Assembly: GCA_044450345.1 (NCBI GenBank)
Contig: JBIOIY010000003.1
Location: forward strand, 1-64,000
Length of the DNA: 64,000 bases
Direction: 5' to 3'
From: Thermodesulfovibrionales bacterium
GTDB taxonomy: Bacteria; Nitrospirota; Thermodesulfovibrionia; Thermodesulfovibrionales; UBA6898
The notes beneath the pieces were generated by a model. That model was given only the letters and a program-made list of their open reading frames with translations. It made no database searches and was not told the origin of the DNA. Below are positions 10,234 to 18,800 of the stretch, in pieces (position 1 is the stretch's first letter; every line of letters starts with the position of its first letter). The translations under genes were made by a program, and so were the position numbers.

Positions 10234-10314
10234 TTCCCGACAAAGCCAAACCCTCCGAGAGAAGGGAGCGGAAAGCGGCGGATCTTAAGGAAGACGGCCG
10301 AGCTACCGAAGGAG
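10234..10314 (+). ncRNA. c-di-GMP-I (GEMM-I) riboswitch aptamer
   Basis: UUCCCG ACAAA GCC AAA CCCUCC GAGA GAAGGG AGC GGAAAGC GGCGG AUCUU AAGG AAGAC GGCC GAGCU ACCG AA GGAG. Shows a GNRA-capped P2, the GAAAG junction, P3 and YUACCG, with G20/A47/C92 equivalents present. Confidence 0.88.
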
Positions 10315-10343
10315 AACCTTTGGTATACTCGGCCTTTTTTATT
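10296..10343 (+). terminator. Intrinsic terminator forming the riboswitch expression platform
   Basis: GGCCGAG c TACCGAAGG agaa CCTTTGGTA ta CTCGGCC TTTTTTATT; the 5' arm overlaps the aptamer 3' strands. Confidence 0.88.
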
Positions 10344-10353
10344 GATGGGGATG

Positions 10354-10377
10354 CCGTTAGAGATTTATCTCTAACGG
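10354..10377. repeat. REP-like palindrome
   Basis: CCGTTAGAGAT tt ATCTCTAACGG, perfect 11-bp arms. Confidence 0.75.
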
Positions 10378-10427
10378 GATAAACCCGTGTTCGCTCAAAA
10401 AGGTTTATTACTAAACGCACGGTAAAG

Positions 10428-11822
10428 TCATCTGCCGAGTCCGGCCATAAATTGTTCCAAGGAATTGATCAAATCCTCATTCATTTCGATGAACATCAGG
10501 CCCGCTTCGTAACGGGGTGCTCTTTGATCCGGCGTAGGAACTTCGCCCATTAACGTAGACCAGACGACCAGGCCCTTCAGGGATATTTCTTTATCGGCGT
10601 CGGCAAGTATCCTTATGTTGTAAATCGTATTCTTCGTCAGCCGCTGCGAGGTTCTGACAGAGATTCCGCCCGGGCTGATATCCCTTATCATGTGGCTGCC
10701 CCATACGACAAGCTCGGCAGGCTGCCCGTCGGTCCTGTGACGTTCGTAAAGCCTTTCCTGGATTTTCCTTCCCCTTGATGACGGCCTTCCGTCTCTCTTA
10801 TGGGCGGCATTTTTATGTTCATACATCAACTCATCTGCCTCATCGAGAAGCTCTTCGACCGGGCATGGCCGTTCGGGATCGTAATACACCATGCCCATGC
10901 TGACAGAAAGCTTATATCCTCCTTTCGTCTCACTATTACAGGCATTCAGATTATCGTGGATATGCTGAGCCACGGTCTCCTCGATCGTCACGTCCGGGAT
11001 GTCTGCAAGAAGAACAGTAAACTCATCTCCTCCGATCCTCGCGATAATGTCGGCCTTTCTGAAAGTCCTCTTCAGCACGTTTGAAACATCAATTAAGGCC
11101 CTGTCGCCTTCCCTGTGTCCGAATTCATCATTGATCTTCTTCATCCCGTTAAGATCCAAAAAAAGGATCGCGAACGTCTTCTTGTTTCTCTCGGCAAGCT
11201 CAAAATGTTTCTGAGCGAGAATCAGAAATCCCCGGCGATTGAGGAGTCCGGTCAGTTCATCCGTGATGGAAGCAGTGTGCAGTTTCTCCTCAAGTTTTGT
11301 GCGCTCTGCCAGTTCGAGTTGGAGATTCTCATTCACCCTGTTCAGTTCTGCTGTCCGCTCCTTCACCAGTTCCTCCAGATGTTTCCGGTACCTCTCCAAT
11401 TCCTTCTCTGCCTGCCTGAGCCTGGTCTGTTCCTCGACATCGAGTAATGCCCGCCTTATTGCGGGTGCGAGGCGGGCAAGTCCCTCTTTGAGGACATAAT
11501 CCGTCGCTCCCTGCTTGAGTGTTTCAATCGCAACTTCCTCCCCGATTGCACCGGAAACAAAAATGAACGGCATTCCAGGACACGTTTCCTTCGCGATTTT
11601 CAATGCTGAAAGGCCATCGAACGAAGGCAGTGAATAATCTGCCAGAATCAGGTCAAAACCGCCCCGTCCGACCGCCGTTGTAAAATCCTCCCTGGTCTCG
11701 ACACGCACCAAATCACATTCGATACCCACCCCGAGAAGGGCGATATGAATGAGCTCGGAGTCGTCCCGGCTGTCCTCAAGATTGAGGATACGCAGCTTAT
11801 GTTTCACATGGTTGTTGTCCAT
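10428..11822 (-). CDS. Response regulator REC-GGDEF-PilZ diguanylate cyclase
   Basis: REC (LEDSRDD, DLILADY, GATDYVLK), coiled coil, RKAD I-site plus GGDEF, and C-terminal RLYER...DISPGG PilZ motifs. Confidence 0.92.
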   Translation of the reverse strand: MDNNHVKHKLRILNLEDSRDDSELIHIALLGVGIECDLVRVETREDFTTAVGRGGFDLILADYSLPSFDGLSALKIAKETCPGMPFIFVSGAIGEEVAIETLKQGATDYVLKEGLARLAPAIRRALLDVEEQTRLRQAEKELERYRKHLEELVKERTAELNRVNENLQLELAERTKLEEKLHTASITDELTGLLNRRGFLILAQKHFELAERNKKTFAILFLDLNGMKKINDEFGHREGDRALIDVSNVLKRTFRKADIIARIGGDEFTVLLADIPDVTIEETVAQHIHDNLNACNSETKGGYKLSVSMGMVYYDPERPCPVEELLDEADELMYEHKNAAHKRDGRPSSRGRKIQERLYERHRTDGQPAELVVWGSHMIRDISPGGISVRTSQRLTKNTIYNIRILADADKEISLKGLVVWSTLMGEVPTPDQRAPRYEAGLMFIEMNEDLINSLEQFMAGLGR

Positions 11823-12041
11823 TTATTGCACTGTGAGGGATGGCTCACAACCACCACCTCTGGGCCGTTGTCCTTTAAAGACTTGCCGGTTTATTTTAAA
11901 TTTATCACAAATGCTGCTTACTATCCAGAACTCAGTAGTGTGTTGCTGAAAAAAAATGGTCAGTTGTGAAAAAACATTGGCAGAAGATACACTTATCAAT
12001 GCGATATGAAGAATGCGAGATGATCAGCCGGGCGAAAGGGG

Positions 12042-12761
12042 ATGTCCGGAAGGGTATTCTTAATGGGTAATATAACAAGGCCGGGCAATAGGCACTTTCC
12101 AAAAGATGTCGGCATACTGTACGAAGACAGTGACATTTTGGTAGCAGTCAAACCGCCTGGGCTTCTGACAATGGGCACGGAGAGGGACAAAACCCGAACA
12201 CTCTACGCTATGCTGACCGCGTATGTCCGGAAGGGTTACTCCAAGTCCCCAAAGCGCATCTTCATAGTCCATCGGCTGGACCGTGATACATCCGGGATAG
12301 TCATTTTCGCTAAGAGTATGGAAGGCAAACTGCGGCTACAGGGCCGATGGGAAGAAACGGAGAAGAAATATATTGCCGTTGTTCACGGCAAGTGTGAGAA
12401 AACAGAGGCGACGATCTCGACATACCTGGCTGAGAACAAGGCCCATGTTGTATATTCCACTACCGACTCAACAAAAGGGAGATTGTCTCATACGGCTTAC
12501 AGGGTGCTGAAGGACACTAAAGAGTTTTCCTTGCTGGAGGTAAATCTTTTAACAGGCAGGAAGCATCAGATACGTGTGCATCTCGCTGAAATTGGGCACC
12601 CGGTTGTGGGAGATGAGAAGTATGGAGAAGGGAAAAAGGCATACAATCGGTTAGCGCTTCATGCGAAATCTATTTCCTTTACACACCCCATAAGCGGCAG
12701 ACGGCTTACGTTCGATACCGGATTTCCCGAATATTTCAATACACTGGTCGGACTTATATAG
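12042..12761 (+). CDS. RluA/RluD family RNA pseudouridine synthase
   Basis: KPPGL, VHRLDRDTSG, TGRKHQIRVH, PVVGDEKYG and LALHA motifs. Confidence 0.95.
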   Translation: MSGRVFLMGNITRPGNRHFPKDVGILYEDSDILVAVKPPGLLTMGTERDKTRTLYAMLTAYVRKGYSKSPKRIFIVHRLDRDTSGIVIFAKSMEGKLRLQGRWEETEKKYIAVVHGKCEKTEATISTYLAENKAHVVYSTTDSTKGRLSHTAYRVLKDTKEFSLLEVNLLTGRKHQIRVHLAEIGHPVVGDEKYGEGKKAYNRLALHAKSISFTHPISGRRLTFDTGFPEYFNTLVGLI

Positions 12762-12801
12762 AGACAGCTTTGCGCAGCCCATTAGGGGAGGTTGGGAGGG
12801 G

Positions 12802-15800
12802 TTATGTATTTGAGGGTATCCTCACCTCGACGGAATGCTCCTGATGGTCGTCAAGAAGTGGAATAGCATTATCGGGCTGCTCGACGCCATCGACTGTCAC
12901 ACCCGCCGTGCCGCCGTTGTTCGTTTGCAGCACGGTGATGTGGTAGACGGTCTCCCTGTACCGGTAATGCATCTTGAACGACTCCCAATCCCTGGGCAGG
13001 CACGGCGCGAAGCGCAGCTTGTCTGTTTCAAGCCTCAGTCCGAGAAGCGATTCCAGTATAAGCCTGTACATCCAGCCGGCAGATCCCGTGTACCATGTCC
13101 ATCCACCGCGGCCAACGTGCGGAGAGAGCGCATATACATCGGCAGCGACAACGTAGGGTTCTACTTTATATGTCGCTATTTCCTCCCTGGTCCTCCCATG
13201 GTTCACCGGGTTGATCATTGCGAGCAGTTCCCACGCGCGGCTGCTGTCGCCCAATTGAGCGAAGGCCATCGCGGCCCAGATAGCGGCATGGGTGTATTGC
13301 CCTCCATTCTCCCTTACACCCGGGACGTACCCCTTTATGTAGCCGGGGTTCAAATTCGACTTGTCGAACGGCGGATCTAGGAGCTGGATCAGTTTATGGT
13401 CACGTCGAACGAGGCGCTTGTCCAGCGCTTCCATTGCCGTTCGTGAGCGTTCGGCATCCCCGGCGCCCGAGAGAACAGACCAGCTCTGCGATATCGAATC
13501 GATCCGGCATTCGGCATTGCCCGCAGAACCAAGCGGCGAGCCATCGTCGAAGTAGGCGCGCAGATACCATCCACCATCCCAGCCATTCTCTTCGATATTC
13601 CTGCGCAGTTGAGCAGCTTCCTCCTGGCAGCGTTCAACAAAGGGCACGTCTTCATGAACACGTGCAATCTTAGTGAACTGTATGAGCACTTCATAAAGGA
13701 AAAATCCCAGCCAGACGCTTTCGCCTTTACCGTGTTCGCCCACAAGGTTCATCCCGTCGTTCCAATCACCCGAGCCGATGAGCGGCAGGCCGTGCTCACC
13801 GAGTCTGAGGGCATTCAGGATGGCCCGCACACAGTGTTCGTACAAAGTGGCTATTTCGTCAGACCGGCCGGGAAGATCGTAATACGAGTCCTCATCAGTG
13901 CTTACCGGGCGGCCCTCGATGAAGCGGATCGGTTCATCCAATACGCCGGTGTCTCCGGTAATCAGCACGTAGCGGGAAGCAGCCAACGGCAACCAGAGGA
14001 AGTCGTCCGAACAGTGTGTACGTACGCCCCGGCCTGACGGAGGATGCCACCAATGCTGAACATCCCCCTCCTGAAACTGACGGGCCGCACAGAGGAGGAG
14101 ATGTTCACGAACCAAACGGGGTTCGGCATGGATGAGCGCCATCACGTCCTGCAACTGGTCGCGGAAGCCGATGGCGCCCCCTGACTGGTAGTATCCGGAC
14201 CGTGCCCATAGACGGCACGCCAGCGTTTGATACAGGAGCCAGCCGTTGGCCAGGACGTTGACGGACTGATCGGGAGTTTCGACATTTACCGCGCCGAGAG
14301 TATGGTTCCAGTACTGCCAGACCGCTTCGAGAGCTCTGCGCGCGGCAGCAGGTCCGCGGAAGCGACGCACCAGTTGGCCGGCGTCATCGGCGTCTTGCCC
14401 TGCGCCGAGCATGAAGATGATCTCACGCTCCTGCCCGTCGGCCAGGTCAAAGGGGACCTGGATAGCGGCACAGGGGTCCAACGCGGTACCAACCTTGCCG
14501 GAAAGCCGCGTGCGGGTCATCGCGGCCGGACTACGAAGCGTGCCGTTACGGCCAAGGAACTCGGTCTTGTCGCCGCTTAAGGTCCGGGTCGTATCATCCA
14601 CGTCGAAAAAAGCAGTCCGATCGGTAAACTCCGTGTTGTATGGGTTTAGCGCGAAGAGCGCTCCGGTATTGGGGTCAACTTTAGTGATTACGTGCATCCT
14701 CGATTTCGGTTGCAGATCTCCCAGCACCCATTCCACGTAGCCGGTGGCGGAGAGACGGCGGGACCGGCCTGACCCGTTCCGCACTTTCAAGACTGTGAAC
14801 TTGACCGCTGCGTCCATGGCCACGTAAACCCACACCTCGGAACTGATGCCGTCCTCTGTGTGTTCAAAGACGCTATAGCCGAACCCGTGACGGCTGGTGT
14901 AAGGCGCCAGACCGCGACTGGGCAGCGGCATGGGGGAGCAGAAAAGGCCGCTCTCTTCATCACGGATATAAAAAGCCTCTCCTCCCGAGTCGCACACCGG
15001 GTCGTTATACCAGGGAGTGAGGCGGAACTCGTGGGCATTCTCGCTCCACGTGTAGGCAGGGCCGCTCTCTGAGATGATGGTCCCGAAGTTCGGGTTTGCC
15101 AGCACATTCACCCATGGCGCCGGAGTCACCTGCCCTCGCGTAGTCGTAATTATGTACTCTCGTCCATCAGGGCTGAATCCTCCCAGCTCGTTGAAAAAGA
15201 TCAGATCGCGGCGAGGCATTGCCACGACCGGGGAGGATTCGACGCGAAGGGTCCGGGTCGGTTTGAGACGCGGCACCATTGTTTTCACAGGACCGTGGCG
15301 GTTGATCTGGTCCGACAGCGGTCCCCAATTGTCGCTGATGACGACGCGAGCTACTGTTTGGAGCAGAATGCGGTCTTCGCTCGATATCTGCTCAGCGAGC
15401 CTTACGAAAATGCCGCCCGGCCGATCTGTCACGTTGGCTTCAATGCCGGCGGCAATGAGCCCCTTGATCTGGTCCTGAAGAAGCTGCCGGTACCCTGCGT
15501 GATCTTCGTTCCAGATCACCAGGTCCACTGCAAGTCCTTTTAATCTCCAGTACGCGTGGGCCTGGACGAGCTGCCGCACCAGGTCGATATTGGCCGGATC
15601 TTCAATCCTCAGCAGCACGATCGGCAGGTCCCCGGAAATGGCATATCCCCACAGACCGGATTGACCGCGGCGGTTTTTTCTGAGAATGCCCGTGTCGGCG
15701 CGCAGCGAGGAATTGGCGTAAATTATAGAGCCGGCAAGGCGTCCGTAGAGTTGTGCGTCGGACTCCGTGACATTGAGCTGTTGCAGTACCACCTGGCTGT

Positions 15801-18800
15801 GTGTCCATGCCAGATCGAAGACACGGTCCGCAAAACGCCGGTCCTGGTATTTCTCGATAAGGCCTATACAGACGTCCCTGGTTTCTCCGAGGCCTGAGAC
15901 TACATCTATCGTTGCCGACGCTTCCGGATCGAGCGTGATCCGGTACCTGATTGCGACAATCGGATCCAGTACTGAACCCTCGCTGCCAGAGAGCGCCCCT
16001 GAGAGGGTCGATCGACCGCTCATGGATTGCGGATTGGCGACAGTCCGTCCCCGGCCGATGAACTTCATGCGGGCGGTCTCATAGGAAACTTCTCCGATGT
16101 CCGCCCCGTGCGCGATCATCAGGTGAAACATCCATGGCGTATGCTCTTCAAGGGAGCGGGGCCGGCGGGTGCAGAGGATCGCGCGCTGCGGGCTGATGAT
16201 CTCGGTCTGCACAAAGAGATTACTGAAGGCCGGATGCAGGGCGTCAGAGGCAGACGGTGCGAGAACGACTTCAGCATAACTCGTTACGTCAATCGCCCTG
16301 CGGGTCTTGGAGGAGTTCGTAATGCGGGTCCGGCGCAGTTCGATGTCATCTTCCGGCGAAACAACGATCTCTGTATGCGTATCATAGTCGAAGTCGCGGC
16401 GACGAAACTCTGCCCGCGCGTTCGAGAAAATCGCTTCGTATGTGTCAGCCCGTTTGAGCGTAGGCTGATACGCGGTTGACCAGAACTTCCCGCTCGTCAC
16501 ATCGCGGAGATAACAGAACGTGCCCCAGTTGTCACAGGTTGTGTCTTCGCGCCAGCGTGTTACCGATATGTCCTTCCAGCGGCTGTAACCGCCTCCGGCG
16601 TTCGTGACCACGACGTGGTATCTGCCGTTGGACAGCAGTTGCACCTCTGGTATCGGAGTGTTGGGGCTGCTGAAAACACGCACCGGCATTTCCGCACCAC
16701 TGGAAGTCGTACGAATGTCGGAGAGCTCGGGTGCCTCCAAATAGAAAGCCGTTGCCCTTGGGACCCGCTCCTGGAGAAGGAGCATACTGGCCTGGAACAA
16801 CGGGTCCGACTCGAACCTTTTCTGCATCGGACGGTCCAGGAGCAGATGGGCCAGGGACAGGAGGCTCATGCCCTGGTGGTGTGCCATGAATGAACGTACC
16901 ACCGCGCTCGATTGTCTGCGCCGCTGACGTGAGGGGGTATAGTCGATCGCTTCATAAAAACCATAGCGGGCCTCAAAGCCTTCAGCGCTGAGTCGCTGCA
17001 GGTTCAGACATGCCTCCTCAGGCGCCACCATCAGCGCAAGCGCCGAGGCATAGGGCGCAATGACCAGGTCATCGGCAAGTCCGCGCTTGAGCCCCAGTCC
17101 GGGTACGCCAAATGCGCGGTACTGGTAGTTGAGATGGACGTCGACCGCGTTATAGCCTGATTCCGACATGCCCCACGGGACGTTGCGCTGCCTCCCATAC
17201 TCGATCTGTCTGTCCACCGCCGCCGCATAGGTCTGGTCAAGCAGCGTGTGTTCGTACGTCGGCATCACCATAAGCGGCATCAGATATTCGAACATCGAAC
17301 CGCTCCAGGAAAGGAGAATCGGCTCTCCACCGACGTTGGTAAGCAGGCGCCCCAGGGCAAACCAGCTCTCCTGTGGCAGTTGTCCCTGCGCAATCGCCAC
17401 AAAGCAGCATAATCTCGCCTCCGAAGCCAGCAGATCGTAGTAACTCGCGTCCCTCCGACGCTCACCAACGTTGTACCCGATAGCCAGTAGATGACGCGTA
17501 GGGTCGAACAAAAAATCATAGTCCATGCGTGCGAGTTCACTTGACTGCACCACGAGCTTTTCGATAACCGTAAGCCTCTCGGCAGCGCGTCGGCTTGAAG
17601 GGTGCACGCCATGCGCCGCTACCTCAAGATTCGCCAGTTCGCGCAGCGTCGGGACCTTATCGATGCTGTTCAGTGTCGAAGAATCGAGAAACATCAGATC
17701 ATCGAGAGCGGACCGGCATTGACCGGCAAATGCGCGTGCCCACCACTTGGCTTCGTTATCCGGATCCGCATCCAGGGCATCGAGACTATCAATCACCTCA
17801 GCGGCGGTTGCAGCCAACTGCTCCAGGCAGTGCCGCGCAGCCGCGAGCGTCTCCGGAAGGGAATTGCATGCAGACTCGAGACCCTTCCGGAGTTGGGCCA
17901 TTCGGGAATAAGCGCTACTTTCCGGAGAAATTCCGTCCGCGGAGTCCGCCAGAATCCTTATCGTATCGGTGAGCCCGTCAAACAGCTGCGCTCCCAGGAT
18001 CTTTTGATCGGGGAGTGCGAGCAGGCCCGCCCGCAATGTCAGCAGGTGAGCAGCGAGGTTCCCGCTGTCCACCGTCGAGATGTAAGCAGGCAGCAGCGGG
18101 TTCAGAGACTGCGTGTCATACCAGTTGTAGAAGTGGCCCCTATGCCGTTCCATGGATTCCATCGTGCGCAGCGCGTTCTCCGTGCGCTCGATGAATCGTC
18201 CGGCTGAAATGTAACCGAAGTCATATGCCGACAAATTCGCCAGCAGCGCAAGTCCCATGTTGGTCGGCGACGTGCGATGCGCAACCGAAGCAGCGCGATA
18301 CTCCTGATAGTTATCAGGTGGCAGCCAATGATCATCAGGACCGACGAAGGTCTCGAAGAACTCCCAGGTCTTTCGTGAAAGCTTCCGGAGAAAGATAATC
18401 TGATCAGCCGTCAGCCTTGCTCCGCGGCGGGCGAGCGGCCGGCTGATCCACCACGCGATAACAGGGGAGGCAAACCAGAGACCCAGCACAGGCCCGGCAA
18501 CAGCCAGCGCGGCCGGCCTCGAAAGCGCCAGATAAAGCGCTGCCGCGGTAACAATAAGAGGCGCAATCCACATCGTCCGGGAGAAGTCGGCGAGGCGCCC
18601 CGTACGGCTATTAAGGCTATTGCGGTCCAAACCGCTCGACAGATTCCATTCAAGCAGTCGTCTGCGCGTTACCAGCATCCGCCACGCGGTGCGGACAATC
18701 GCATCCAGACTGTAAAACGCCTCGTAAGGCAGACAAACAAGCGAAAATGCGGCCTGAGCGAAGCGCCTGAGCGCAGAACGCACTGAGGCAGCGATGTGCT

